Shown here: positions 50,339 to 60,047 of the stretch, in pieces
Numbering within the stretch: the first letter of the stretch is position 1
Layout of the letters: the number at the start of each line of letters is the position of its first letter
Source of the DNA: Escherichia phage JK1
Strand: one strand, 5' to 3'
Sequence record: MZ436830.1
DNA length: 64,000 nucleotides
Made by a program: the position numbers and the translations under genes
The notes under the pieces: model-generated
Database searches by the model: none
The model's input: the letters and a program-made list of their open reading frames with translations, nothing else
What the model was told of the DNA's origin: nothing

Positions 50339-50641
50339 CTAAAAGAAACTTCTTTCACAATTTTTTCCACTGAACCAAGCGCTCACTGCTTTCTTAGTCT
50401 CAGGAGCAGTGTTATCCATAAACCATTCAAAGGCAGCCTTTTTATGATTCTGGAGGGCTTCTCGGGCTTTAATCTGTTCACGGTCTATTAACACTAACAT
50501 ATGAGCCTTTCTTGTCACCAAGGGCTTCTTATGATTTTTTGAATACTCCCAATCATTTGTCCATCGCATCGTTGTTGCGAACTGAAATACTGCTTCTTTA
50601 ATTTTAGTTTCGTAAATTTCACGAGCCTTTGAGTATAACAT
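50339..50641 (-). CDS. hypothetical protein
   Basis: start trimmed to ATG with GGAGG SD. Confidence 0.45.
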   Translation of the reverse strand: MLYSKAREIYETKIKEAVFQFATTMRWTNDWEYSKNHKKPLVTRKAHMLVLIDREQIKAREALQNHKKAAFEWFMDNTAPETKKAVSAWFSGKNCERSFF

Positions 50642-50742
50642 CACTACCTCCATTTACCAGTTTAATTCTAATCATCTTTTTGATGGCAGTCCATATAATC
50701 TATTTCTGAACTGCCTTTTTATCTTAGAAGGCCTCTTATGAA

Positions 50743-51711
50743 TTATTTCAGAAGAGTAACCTCAGCGATTTCTTCCCAACCGTTTTTGTCGGTCATAATA
50801 AAGTCAGCAAGATAAAGAGCAGTACGCAGTGAAACATTACGTAAACGATTAACATTGACTTTCATCCATGATAATGCTTTATAAGTTTCTTCATCAGAAA
50901 GACCGCGCTTTTGCATCATGTCAGTTGAAAGAATAACATCTTCAACCCTGACCATAATTTCTTCATTAGTGTGAACACCCAAATCCAAATAAACTGAGCG
51001 GGACACTAATGCTTGTAAATGTGGAGCAAGTTTAGTACCACGGTCTAATTCGCGGTCAATGTCAACGTTTGTGATAAAAACAATCGTTCCTTTAAATTCA
51101 AACTCACGCTCAATGCCTTTTTCTTCTAAGTAAGAAGATGCAGTGCTCCAGCAGACTTTACGGGTCTCTCCAGTGTCCAGAGCAGCTTTTAGAAGATTAA
51201 GAATGTCCATATCAGAGAAAACATCCACATCATCAATCAAAAGGACAGAATTCTCTTCACGATTATTCCAAAGCTGTTCATAAAGACCGATACCGGAGAT
51301 TTTACCGTTAATGCTTTTATATTCAATGTATCCAATATCATTTGCTTTATTTAAAGCTTTATCTAAAGAATACGTTTTACCAATACCTGCCGCACCAGAG
51401 ATAATTAATGAACGAATGTTTCCGTTAATAATACCATTCGTCATCATTCCCATAACATTAAATCTTTTATTAATGCGGGTTTTCATATCTTCATACGATT
51501 CTTTAACTTCTTCAACTTTTACACCATCATATGAAATGTCTGATTTGTAAACCCAAACACCGCGACGTTTACCGTCAATTTCAACAAAAACTTTACCATC
51601 TCCTTGTGCATCTACCGGAGCATTATCTGGGAACCATTCGCCTAAGAGCTCAAAAGTTCCAGAGATTTCTTTACCGAAGTAGATACCCTTATTGATAGTT
51701 ACAGTTTTCAT
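50743..51711 (-). CDS. AAA+/P-loop ATPase
   Basis: Walker A GAAGIGKTYS, Walker B VLLIDDVD. Confidence 0.6.
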   Translation of the reverse strand: MKTVTINKGIYFGKEISGTFELLGEWFPDNAPVDAQGDGKVFVEIDGKRRGVWVYKSDISYDGVKVEEVKESYEDMKTRINKRFNVMGMMTNGIINGNIRSLIISGAAGIGKTYSLDKALNKANDIGYIEYKSINGKISGIGLYEQLWNNREENSVLLIDDVDVFSDMDILNLLKAALDTGETRKVCWSTASSYLEEKGIEREFEFKGTIVFITNVDIDRELDRGTKLAPHLQALVSRSVYLDLGVHTNEEIMVRVEDVILSTDMMQKRGLSDEETYKALSWMKVNVNRLRNVSLRTALYLADFIMTDKNGWEEIAEVTLLK

Positions 51712-51790
51712 TTTATTCTCCAAATCCGTATCAGTTGATAGTTGTATAGTACCATAAAGCTTTATGCTTGTAAACAGTTTTGTGAAAAAT
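51712..51790 (-). repeat. promoter/5'-UTR cassette, copy C
   Basis: near-identical to copy B. Confidence 0.6.
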
Positions 51791-51799
51791 TTTTGAAAT

Positions 51800-51823
51800 A
51801 AAAAAGGGAGCCCGAAGGCTCCC
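51800..51823 (-). terminator. rho-independent terminator between NTase-like gene and ATPase gene
   Basis: GGGAGCC-UUCG-GGCUCCC followed by UUUUUU. Confidence 0.55.
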
Positions 51824-51825
51824 TA

Positions 51826-52839
51826 TCATTTATAATAACTTTGGTGGTTTTCAAGATAGACCTTCTCAAGGAAGTCATCCCAGAAACTCATGTCTACTGT
51901 TTTAGGCATACCATTCTTAGAAGCTTCAGTAGATGCTGCTTCTACTTGATCGACCACATCTTCCAAAAACTCTTGAACTGTTTTAAATGGATGTTTACCC
52001 AACTTCACGTCGAGAATAAATGGAGCATCTTGGAGTGGATAAATCAAGTCGCCAGTTTTGTAAATTTCCAATAGTTGAAGTCCACCACGACAAGCATGAC
52101 TTAGTGCTTTCCAATCAATACCTTCATTAGCTTCGGCTTTACGAGCACGTTCACCATATTCAGCATCTAATTTGTTCAGTGACTGCTTAAGCTCAATAAG
52201 AGAAAGCGTTGTCTGATATTTACGACCCAGCACTGTATAGAACGTTTGTGGACCTGTTTTCTCATGATTATGGAACACCCATTCACAGAATTCGTTTTCT
52301 GGAAGACGATGCTTAATATCTTCAACTTTAGTACGACGCTGCTTAATGGAACCGTCTTCTTGGTAATCAACCCATTGCTCAGGGATTTGATTAACTACTT
52401 TCAATACATCGCGTAATGCAGCCAAACGAGAACCCTTGACACCGTATTTAGAAGCTTGCTTGCGGACATATCCTAAATAGGATTTCATGTTAGTCGTATA
52501 AAAACGAGAACGGTTGTCTTGAATAAACTTCCACACATCAGGCAAATCAGATTTAACCACTAGTTTAGGTGGAGTATGAAGCATATCCAATGCTACAGTT
52601 TCACCATCTGCTGCTAATTTAAAGAAATATTTAAGACTGTATAGTTCATGGTCAATATCATCTTTAGTGTTTTTAGATGATGTATTGTTAGTATTTTTAC
52701 TCATATGCTCTTTAACATTTCCGACAAGAATATCGCGAGCAGGAGGAACAAAGATTTCTTTAAAATCTACATCAGATTCTGGGGTAGAAGTTCCATAAAG
52801 ATGACTACCAAAATAGCTTTTCATTACTGTTTTCATCAT
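51826..52839 (-). CDS. nucleotidyltransferase-fold protein (Pol-beta-like minimal NTase motif)
   Basis: 337 aa; N-terminal FGSHLYGTSTPESDVDF = hG[GS]x10DhD. Confidence 0.5.
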   Translation of the reverse strand: MMKTVMKSYFGSHLYGTSTPESDVDFKEIFVPPARDILVGNVKEHMSKNTNNTSSKNTKDDIDHELYSLKYFFKLAADGETVALDMLHTPPKLVVKSDLPDVWKFIQDNRSRFYTTNMKSYLGYVRKQASKYGVKGSRLAALRDVLKVVNQIPEQWVDYQEDGSIKQRRTKVEDIKHRLPENEFCEWVFHNHEKTGPQTFYTVLGRKYQTTLSLIELKQSLNKLDAEYGERARKAEANEGIDWKALSHACRGGLQLLEIYKTGDLIYPLQDAPFILDVKLGKHPFKTVQEFLEDVVDQVEAASTEASKNGMPKTVDMSFWDDFLEKVYLENHQSYYK

Positions 52840-53297
52840 TCAGCCTTATATTCAATAACAGGACATACTTTAGCTTTACGAGCTTTTAAAAATTCAACGA
52901 TAATCGATTTCTTGGGTTGAATAGGAGGTAAACCTTTATACGCCCTATCAATATTTTCTACGTGTAAAGCATAATCCTTTTTCCATTTATAATCTTTATA
53001 TTTTTCACGCAAATGTGCAGGAATAACAAATGAACCGATAATAAGTAAAACAACCAAAAGCGCAAGTATAAATGCCGATGGAAGAAGAGTCCATAAACTA
53101 CCGAAAATAAGCCAACGTTGTAGGCTTTCTGCACAAATAATTGTTAGCCCTACGAGTATAGCACACCCAAAAATAGAAACGAAAAATGTAGGAATGGCAA
53201 TAGACCAAAAATATGCGCATAGTGTCTTAGGTCGTTGCCATTCATCGTTAAACAATTTGAATAATTTATAGTGCCAAGAGTTTTCATTAATAATCAT
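52836..53297 (-). CDS. membrane protein (3 TM)
   Basis: 153-aa hydrophobic ORF. Confidence 0.5.
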   Translation of the reverse strand: MIINENSWHYKLFKLFNDEWQRPKTLCAYFWSIAIPTFFVSIFGCAILVGLTIICAESLQRWLIFGSLWTLLPSAFILALLVVLLIIGSFVIPAHLREKYKDYKWKKDYALHVENIDRAYKGLPPIQPKKSIIVEFLKARKAKVCPVIEYKAE

Positions 53298-53299
53298 AA

Positions 53300-53821
53300 T
53301 TATCCTTTCATTGAAGGCGTAACGGTTGTTAAATACTTAATCATAGCTTCAGCTTCTGATTTTGATAATGAAATTTCTCCATTGTTTTGACGAATAGAAA
53401 TAAAATCCGGATGACGGTCACCACCAGCTTTTAAAACACACATATAAGTATCAGTTTCACCTTCAATATTTGAAATGATTGAAGCAGTTCCACATGAATG
53501 TGGTTTTTGATAAATCAATGCAGCTTTTCTTCCGCCATTTGACTGCTCATAGGCTTTTAATACATCAAGCAAATCAGTTCTTTTATCAATAGCTAAAATG
53601 TTATTTTCATCTTCAATGTTAAATCCTTCGGATACTTCATAAAGCGTTACCCATAAATCACCAATGTCAATAACAGCATTTACTTTTCCACGGCTTTCAA
53701 GAGTATGACAAATTTTCTTGATTTCGTCATAACTCATTTTAATAATATCATCTCCTTGAATAAGGAAGATGTCATTTTTAAATTCAACACGAATTAAACC
53801 ACTTTCACTTGAAATAAACAT
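53300..53821 (-). CDS. hypothetical protein (paralogue of 53828-54382)
   Basis: C-terminal SKSEAEAMIKYLTTVTP. Confidence 0.5.
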   Translation of the reverse strand: MFISSESGLIRVEFKNDIFLIQGDDIIKMSYDEIKKICHTLESRGKVNAVIDIGDLWVTLYEVSEGFNIEDENNILAIDKRTDLLDVLKAYEQSNGGRKAALIYQKPHSCGTASIISNIEGETDTYMCVLKAGGDRHPDFISIRQNNGEISLSKSEAEAMIKYLTTVTPSMKG

Positions 53822-53827
53822 ATTTCC

Positions 53828-54382
53828 TCACTTTGAAATCATAGTTGGAATAACAGAATCAAGATAAGTCTTTAGTGCAATAGCTTCGTCTTTGGTAAAT
53901 GTGACAATATGTGCTCGAGAATCATCAATTTGGCGAACAAGTACGACATCGCCATCTTCATAAGAAGTCTTGACATCCAAAGTCGTAGTATAATTTGCAG
54001 CTACTGGATTAATAATGCTAGCACCACGATCTTTAGCCCATTGAAGTTTAGCCTTTTCGGGTGTTTCGACTGTTTCAGATTCCAAGAATTCTTTCACCTT
54101 GGCAACGAATGTTGCCCAATTGTTGATAGAAAGACACATAAATTCAGTTTCAATATTACCGCCGTAAAGGCCACGATAAAAACGAACTTGGAGGTCGCCT
54201 GTAATATTAGTTACACCGGTAACTCCTGAGGGAGCATAAGATAAAATCGCAGCCAGTTCCATAGGAAGAATAGTAATACTATCGTCTTCCTGCGTCAGAA
54301 CGTATACATTATCACGTTTTTCGATAACCAGGTCACCGAACAAATCAGTTGTTTCAATTACAGCTTTCATATTATTTACCAA
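53828..54382 (-). CDS. hypothetical protein (paralogue of 53300-53821)
   Basis: C-terminal TKDEAIALKTYLDSVIP. Confidence 0.5.
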   Translation of the reverse strand: MVNNMKAVIETTDLFGDLVIEKRDNVYVLTQEDDSITILPMELAAILSYAPSGVTGVTNITGDLQVRFYRGLYGGNIETEFMCLSINNWATFVAKVKEFLESETVETPEKAKLQWAKDRGASIINPVAANYTTTLDVKTSYEDGDVVLVRQIDDSRAHIVTFTKDEAIALKTYLDSVIPTMISK

Positions 54383-54557
54383 TTAAAGTTTCAATATAAG
54401 AATCAAGATTTACTTTAGCTTCTTCCATAAGAGTTTTGTATTTAATCTTGTTAGCATGTCCGGAGAAAGCTGATTCATCAATAATTGTTGATGTATGAAC
54501 AGCTTTACTATACGTCTCAATTAATTCTCTTAATTTAAAAGCCTGCTCACTTGTCAT
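54372..54557 (-). CDS. small hypothetical protein
   Basis: 61-aa ORF. Confidence 0.4.
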   Translation of the reverse strand: MTSEQAFKLRELIETYSKAVHTSTIIDESAFSGHANKIKYKTLMEEAKVNLDSYIETLIGK

Positions 54558-54689
54558 TACATACTCCTTTGAATCATATCAATAATATTGTTCACCAGAT
54601 TATAGGTAAACAAAGGATAATTATATTGAATCATCACATACACAACAAACAAAACTTTCATTCTCTTCTCCTTGGCAGTTGACAAGATT

Positions 54690-54719
54690 ACTATACCATA
54701 ACCTTGCCAACTTGTAAAC
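54690..54719 (-). promoter_or_regulatory. early promoter
   Basis: GTTTAC-N18-TGGTATAGT. Confidence 0.5.
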
Positions 54720-54884
54720 CATTAAATGACGTTTTCGATAAAATTCTGAAGCTTTGTATGAGCATCAACCATGATTTTCATTTCTTCCTTTGCGAAAGCT
54801 GTACCTCTTTCACGAGAAGAACATTCATAGTCAGAAACTGCATTAGCATATTCTTCAATTAGCTTCATTAAAAACATCTGCTTT

Positions 54885-55079
54885 TCAGTTTTCATTATTC
54901 CACCTAATCATTTCAAGATATTGAACTAACTTAGCTTTGGATTTATCCAAATCCTTTTTAGCTGCTTCTATACCGTCGTATGAATATCCTTCACAATGCT
55001 CAACTGCCAATTGATATGAATCTATTTCAATATCACGTGCTAATTTAATGATTTTTTCAAACTGTTCGCGTGTTAGCAT
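54885..55079 (-). CDS. small hypothetical protein
   Basis: 64-aa ORF. Confidence 0.4.
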   Translation of the reverse strand: MLTREQFEKIIKLARDIEIDSYQLAVEHCEGYSYDGIEAAKKDLDKSKAKLVQYLEMIRWNNEN

Positions 55080-55081
55080 AA

Positions 55082-55285
55082 TTAAACTCTCGTATTATGA
55101 TCGATAATTTCATCAAGAAACATATCTAACGCTTCTAAAGCATTATCAACTTTAGTTTCAAAGTCTTTAATGCCTTTATTCGAAATACCCGATGAATACC
55201 AAGCAAAGTCAATCAGCTCTTCATCTGCTTTACGAATTGAAGCCACTAATTCCTTGATTTTATCTGCTTGCTCTATACTAATCAT
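55082..55285 (-). CDS. small hypothetical protein
   Basis: start trimmed to MISIEQ. Confidence 0.4.
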   Translation of the reverse strand: MISIEQADKIKELVASIRKADEELIDFAWYSSGISNKGIKDFETKVDNALEALDMFLDEIIDHNTRV

Positions 55286-55518
55286 TATTCCACCACATAT
55301 GACAGAGAGAATATTGCACACGCCATGTGAGTTGCAACTTCATCACACATATTATAACGTTTCTTAAGAAATTCTACAAGTTCTTCACTAGTAACTTCAT
55401 CCATGTCGACGAAAAAATCACCATTAATGATGACGTAGATATTTCCTTCTTGATTGAGTGCTTCAATTTTCATGATGTTCTCCTCTTTATCCGATAGTTG
55501 TATAGTATCACAGCTCAA
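55285..55518 (-). CDS. small hypothetical protein
   Basis: 77-aa ORF. Confidence 0.4.
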   Translation of the reverse strand: MSCDTIQLSDKEENIMKIEALNQEGNIYVIINGDFFVDMDEVTSEELVEFLKKRYNMCDEVATHMACAIFSLSYVVE

Positions 55519-55541
55519 ACGGAAAGTAAACCGGTAAAATG

Positions 55542-55563
55542 AAAAAAGTCTCCCGAAGGAGAC
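55542..55563 (-). terminator. rho-independent terminator after rI.-1
   Basis: GUCUCC-UUCG-GGAGAC followed by UUUUUU. Confidence 0.55.
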
Positions 55564-55568
55564 TAATG

Positions 55569-55955
55569 TTATTCGAGGGAAAGAAGATACTTACTCTGGT
55601 AAAACATCCCAGTAATATCATCTATCGTGCTTTGGATGGCTGGAGGCATTTCTTTATAAATGCTGTTAGATTGGTCTAGTATGCGATCAATCATTTTAAT
55701 TGTGTCGGTAGGAAGTTTACTGGCATCTGGAATTGAAGGTGTGTATTTTCTACCAGAATACCCCAAATATTGCTCACCAAATTTATCAATCAAATCTGGC
55801 AACTCGGAGAAAATAAAATCGTATGCTTTGTGTCTAGCATAACTTTTAGTTTCAAAATGTGCAGAATGAAAATAAGCTTGTGCAGCCATTAATAAACCTA
55901 AGTATTCATCTGCCTTTGAAGGTTTTCCACTTTGTGAAAAGTCGCTGAATTTCAT
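55569..55955 (-). CDS. hypothetical protein (rI.-1 position)
   Basis: 128 aa directly downstream of rI. Confidence 0.5.
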   Translation of the reverse strand: MKFSDFSQSGKPSKADEYLGLLMAAQAYFHSAHFETKSYARHKAYDFIFSELPDLIDKFGEQYLGYSGRKYTPSIPDASKLPTDTIKMIDRILDQSNSIYKEMPPAIQSTIDDITGMFYQSKYLLSLE

Positions 55956-56245
55956 TCAGTCTCCAATTTAATGTTCATAATTCTAGCGTATGATTGTGCC
56001 ATCTCCGCGCCTCGTTCTATACATTCAAAATCAGAAGAGCACGGGTCATTTTTATAGGTCGTTCTCATAAAACTATAGAATTGTTCAGACGATTCTACGC
56101 TTTTATTTTCAAAAAGTGTATAAACGTGCCTAATACCAGATTCCATAAATTTATCAAAATGAGGATCGACATTCGCTTCAATCGATGGAGATAAAACAAA
56201 TGACAATCCTAGCATGGCAAATAGTGCCGTTGCTTTTAAGGCCAT
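55952..56245 (-). CDS. rI: lysis inhibition regulator RI
   Basis: 97 aa; MALKATALFAMLGLSFVLSPSIEA signal-anchor, recognised sequence. Confidence 0.85.
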   Translation of the reverse strand: MALKATALFAMLGLSFVLSPSIEANVDPHFDKFMESGIRHVYTLFENKSVESSEQFYSFMRTTYKNDPCSSDFECIERGAEMAQSYARIMNIKLETE

Positions 56246-56257
56246 AAAGGCCTCCTA

Positions 56258-56470
56258 TCATTTTTGTCCTGTATTTACTTTATGCCGATGCACGGCCTTA
56301 ACTTTATCAAGGTATTTTTCAAAATTTCGCAATCTAGTATAGTCTGCCGGAGATTGGTTGAGTGATACTTCTCGACGCAAAGCTGAAATAACATTTCCAA
56401 CTTCCCTACGAATTTCATCTAATTGAAGCACAGTAAGATTGCGAAGTTGCTTTTCAGTTAATTGTAGCAT
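56258..56470 (-). CDS. small hypothetical protein (rI.1 position)
   Basis: 70-aa ORF. Confidence 0.45.
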   Translation of the reverse strand: MLQLTEKQLRNLTVLQLDEIRREVGNVISALRREVSLNQSPADYTRLRNFEKYLDKVKAVHRHKVNTGQK

Positions 56471-56512
56471 ATATACCCCTTTAGTTAGATAAACCTATTT
56501 ATAACTTTTGCA

Positions 56513-57094
56513 CTAACCGAGCTTTTTAGTTAATTCATTCCAATGTTTTCTACACAAAGAAACATAAATTTCATCACCAATACAGATTTGATTACCTTCT
56601 TTAACTGGTGTTCCATCTTCCATTAATCGAGCTGTCATAATCGCTTTTTTACCACAATGACAAACTGCTTTTAGTTCAATAAGTTTATCTGCAATCGCTA
56701 AAAGTTCTTTAGAACCTTCAAACAATTTTCCAGCGAAATCAGTCCTTAATCCATAAGCCATAACAGGAACATTATATGTATCAACAATTCGGCTCAATTG
56801 ATGCACTTGTTCAGTTTTTAAAAACTGAGCTTCATCTACAAATACGCAATGAATATCTTTTTGTGCTTCAGCCCATTTATAGAACTCGAAAATATCCATA
56901 TCATCTGTAATAATATTCGCTTCCTGTTTAATTCCAATGCGAGAAACAACTTCACAGACAGAATCGCGAGTATCAATAGCAGGCTTAAGAACTAATACAC
57001 TCATTCCACGTTCTTTATAATTATGTGCAGCAGTCAAAAGAGAAGCAGATTTTCCAGCATTCATTGCTGCATAAGTAAAAATTAAACTCGCCAT
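56513..57094 (-). CDS. tk: thymidine kinase
   Basis: 193 aa; Walker A AMNAGKS, C-terminal zinc cluster CHCG...C. Confidence 0.85.
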   Translation of the reverse strand: MASLIFTYAAMNAGKSASLLTAAHNYKERGMSVLVLKPAIDTRDSVCEVVSRIGIKQEANIITDDMDIFEFYKWAEAQKDIHCVFVDEAQFLKTEQVHQLSRIVDTYNVPVMAYGLRTDFAGKLFEGSKELLAIADKLIELKAVCHCGKKAIMTARLMEDGTPVKEGNQICIGDEIYVSLCRKHWNELTKKLG

Positions 57095-57103
57095 ATCACC
57101 TTC

Positions 57104-57289
57104 TTAAAGCGTATTCACATAAGCTATTAATTCATTTTCTTTCTTATCAAACAGATCAGCAAATTCTTCCTGCTGTTCAGGAGATAGCGGGCCGTATTCA
57201 TCATAAAAGGTGTTTGCTTCTGTATGCTCATCTAGAAGTTCATGGATAAGCTCAAACAATTTATCTTTTTGTTCTTTACTCAGACTCAT
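57104..57289 (-). CDS. small acidic hypothetical protein
   Basis: 61-aa ORF. Confidence 0.4.
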   Translation of the reverse strand: MSLSKEQKDKLFELIHELLDEHTEANTFYDEYGPLSPEQQEEFADLFDKKENELIAYVNTL

Positions 57290-57455
57290 ATATTAATTTC
57301 CAGGAGTTTTAAGATAATTCGCTTTTGCTTAAATATTTCCATCGTTAAATGATCAATATCTTTTTGACCAATTCCAATAGCAAAACCCTTATTTACGGCA
57401 AGTTCAATTAAATTATCAATATTGCGTAAAACTTCATAACGTAACTCAAAATTAT

Positions 57456-57683
57456 TCATTTTGGTTCACCTTCTTTAACGAAATCAGGATAAGGATAAAA
57501 TCCTGAATAAAATCCTTCACCTTTATGATTGATGCATCCTTTATTAGAACAATAGCACCAATAATCGAAATCACAAGCCATTTCATCGTTGCATAAAGCA
57601 AAAACAACCGGCCACTTACACTTTTCACAGTGGGCATTTTTAAGAATACTAGTTTGGCTCATAACCATGTAACCTTTAAGCAA
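57456..57683 (-). CDS. Cys-rich small protein (putative zinc-binding)
   Basis: 75 aa with about 10 Cys. Confidence 0.45.
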   Translation of the reverse strand: MLKGYMVMSQTSILKNAHCEKCKWPVVFALCNDEMACDFDYWCYCSNKGCINHKGEGFYSGFYPYPDFVKEGEPK

Positions 57684-57871
57684 TATTCTTCTACATGTTG
57701 TTTACGACCTTTCTTATCAATAAAGGTATATTCAACGAATGTTCCAATGTAGTCTTTATCTACATCATGTGGACTATTAATTGGACATTTAGTACGGCAA
57801 ATGCGTTCCCATTGACGAATAATTACTGCTTTGTTTTTAGGATCAAACGGATGTGGGTAATGCACTTTCAT
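57659..57871 (-). CDS. small hypothetical protein
   Basis: 70-aa ORF. Confidence 0.45.
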   Translation of the reverse strand: MKVHYPHPFDPKNKAVIIRQWERICRTKCPINSPHDVDKDYIGTFVEYTFIDKKGRKQHVEEYCLKVTWL

Positions 57872-58322
57872 AATCCACCACTATTAAATCAATATCAGGA
57901 GTAAACATGTCGATTAATTTAGAAACCTTATCCCAATCGCCGCCAGCAATACCACAACCTATGCGTGGAATGTAAATTACCGGTTTAAACAAAAGGGTTT
58001 CTGCCTGTAGATTTAATTCTATCATGCAGTTTACTAAAGCACCATAATCAAGATTAGGACCTGGTTCGTATTGCGTATACAGGTTATAGCATATACCAAA
58101 TCCCGTAGGACTATGTTTAAAAACAATAGACATATCGCCTAATTTATCACGAGAACCGTACTCAGTAGTGGTTTTATCTATTTCTAAAATTTTGGGATAG
58201 GCTCTGGCTAATTGACCCGCTACACCTGAACCCATAGTATGAAAACAATTGCACCCGTGCGCAATAATATTACCTTGAAGAAATAGGGCGACAATATCGC
58301 CCTTGATATATTTTACAATCAT
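57843..58322 (-). CDS. macro-domain protein (ADP-ribose binding/processing fold)
   Basis: 159 aa; GDIV...IIAHGCNCFHTMGSGVAGQ and IPRIGCGIAGG resemble macro-domain signatures. Confidence 0.5.
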   Translation of the reverse strand: MIVKYIKGDIVALFLQGNIIAHGCNCFHTMGSGVAGQLARAYPKILEIDKTTTEYGSRDKLGDMSIVFKHSPTGFGICYNLYTQYEPGPNLDYGALVNCMIELNLQAETLLFKPVIYIPRIGCGIAGGDWDKVSKLIDMFTPDIDLIVVDYESALPTSV

Positions 58323-58660
58323 CTAGTACTCAATCCTCGATTATAAGAATCTACCAAACGGTCAACCATTGAATGACAAGCGGCTTTATCTTTCTCCTCC
58401 GCAACTGAACATTCTAAGGTATTCCACTTTTTAGCATATCGTTTTAACAATGTATCATTTTTGTATCTGCTTGATTTATCTCTTTCTCCGTCTTTATATG
58501 CATATATTAATTTCTGCGCAAATTCAGCTTGGCATGCTTTATTTTTCCCGCAATAATCCGCTGCAGTACGGTTTACATACTCTCTAATTTCAGTATATGA
58601 TGTATCTGCTAACGCAGAAAATGAAATTAATCCTATACATAAAACCAAAATTTTAGTCAT
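58319..58660 (-). CDS. secreted protein
   Basis: 113 aa with signal peptide ...SALA. Confidence 0.5.
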   Translation of the reverse strand: MTKILVLCIGLISFSALADTSYTEIREYVNRTAADYCGKNKACQAEFAQKLIYAYKDGERDKSSRYKNDTLLKRYAKKWNTLECSVAEEKDKAACHSMVDRLVDSYNRGLSTR

Positions 58661-59198
58661 TTACTATTTCCAAAAGTTTATTATTTTTAAGGTAATTAGC
58701 CTTTTCTAGGACTTCAGAAGCATATTTAGAACCTGCTTTAACATTCCATCCCGAATTATAAGAGGATATTGCTTTTCTTATATCGCCCTTATGTATATTT
58801 AACCAATAAGAAAGTTCAATGTACGCCCAGGAAGCTGAATTGGACCGTTTATTCAACATTCTTTTTATTTCAGCATCGGTCATATTATAACCAAGTTCCT
58901 TAACTCTTGCTCGCATAGTAGGCAAATAATTTTGGAACATTCCATAAGCGTGATGCTTTGGTTTAGATTTTAAATTAACTCCGCCAGAGCTTTCTTGCCA
59001 TAAAATAGCAGCCATTATATGACCTAATCCGCTCTTGTGGATATTTTTGTGTGTTTTATATTTTCCATCCTTAGAAAATTGTTCCCCGAATTGATACGCG
59101 TAACGCATGTTATCGAGTTGGACATTACTGAAAGTATGCTCGGAGCTATGTGCCATCATTGAAATGGCCAATAGACCAGCGAGTAGTGCTTTTCTCAT
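58653..59198 (-). CDS. secreted lytic-transglycosylase-like protein (vs.1 position)
   Basis: signal peptide; AILWQESSGG catalytic-Glu-type motif. Confidence 0.5.
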   Translation of the reverse strand: MRKALLAGLLAISMMAHSSEHTFSNVQLDNMRYAYQFGEQFSKDGKYKTHKNIHKSGLGHIMAAILWQESSGGVNLKSKPKHHAYGMFQNYLPTMRARVKELGYNMTDAEIKRMLNKRSNSASWAYIELSYWLNIHKGDIRKAISSYNSGWNVKAGSKYASEVLEKANYLKNNKLLEIVND

Positions 59199-59205
59199 GC
59201 TTACC

Positions 59206-59667
59206 TCATTGAGTTTTAATTACTGCTTTAGAAGCCTTTCCTGGTAAACGACGACTGTTGATAATTGCCATCCTGCATTGAAGTGACGGGTTTTTGAACT
59301 TCTCATTAGGCTTACAAACCGTAAATCCAAGCCAAAGATTTCCATCTGTGATTTCTAAACGTCCAGGACGATATTCAACCCCATCAATAAAATCCTCGTC
59401 AATGTCAGGACGCGGAGGCATACTCAGGAATTCATTAACTTCTAAAACATGGTCTTTTATTTTATGGAATAATTCAAAAACATATGTCTCATCAATCTCC
59501 CGTTGAATTGCACGATCAAGAAGATGTTGAGAATATTTTAGATGAAACGATGAGACTCCTGCTGCTTTTGATGCCTCACGAATCTCATTGTTAATTTGAC
59601 GAAACTCCGACTCAAAGTGACGACGAAGCTTATTTCGACGGATAAAAACTTCTGTATTGATAGTCAT
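59206..59667 (-). CDS. regB: RegB site-specific endoribonuclease
   Basis: 153 aa, early promoter upstream. Confidence 0.8.
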   Translation of the reverse strand: MTINTEVFIRRNKLRRHFESEFRQINNEIREASKAAGVSSFHLKYSQHLLDRAIQREIDETYVFELFHKIKDHVLEVNEFLSMPPRPDIDEDFIDGVEYRPGRLEITDGNLWLGFTVCKPNEKFKNPSLQCRMAIINSRRLPGKASKAVIKTQ

Positions 59668-59694
59668 GTTATTCTCCTCTTAACTGATAGAAAA

Positions 59695-59724
59695 ATTATA
59701 CCACAGTCAAGAGGAAAAGTAAAC
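59695..59724 (-). promoter_or_regulatory. early promoter upstream of regB
   Basis: GTTTAC-N18-TGGTATAAT. Confidence 0.55.
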
Positions 59725-59726
59725 AG

Positions 59727-60047
59727 TTATTCTTTAAATCTAATCAATTTATTCATAGACTTTGAAACTTCTGCACGAACCTCATGTAAGTTTTTAAGCT
59801 GTTCAAGACGCTGCTCATAGTAAGCAATTTCATCTTCTTCGAGACAGTCCTGTGAATCTTCTTTAAGATAACGTGCATAGTCCTGGAAAGCTTTACGGAC
59901 TACTTCCTGGAAGTCATCAAGACTTTGAATTTTCTTAGGAGCGACAGATACACGACGAGGTGCAGTATAATACTCATAACCAAACCCTGCACTTAATTGA
60001 GCCATTAGTATTTTTCCTCTGGTTGGAACACTGCACGACAAGCCCAC
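59727..60047 (-). CDS. hypothetical protein
   Basis: 106-aa ORF. Confidence 0.45.
   Translation of the reverse strand: MGLSCSVPTRGKILMAQLSAGFGYEYYTAPRRVSVAPKKIQSLDDFQEVVRKAFQDYARYLKEDSQDCLEEDEIAYYEQRLEQLKNLHEVRAEVSKSMNKLIRFKE

Noticed and set aside
54679-54684. Plus-strand TTGACA hexamer suggesting a plus-strand promoter
   Set aside because: No properly spaced -10 and no plus-strand gene downstream; the region is better explained as the minus-strand early promoter at 54690-54719.
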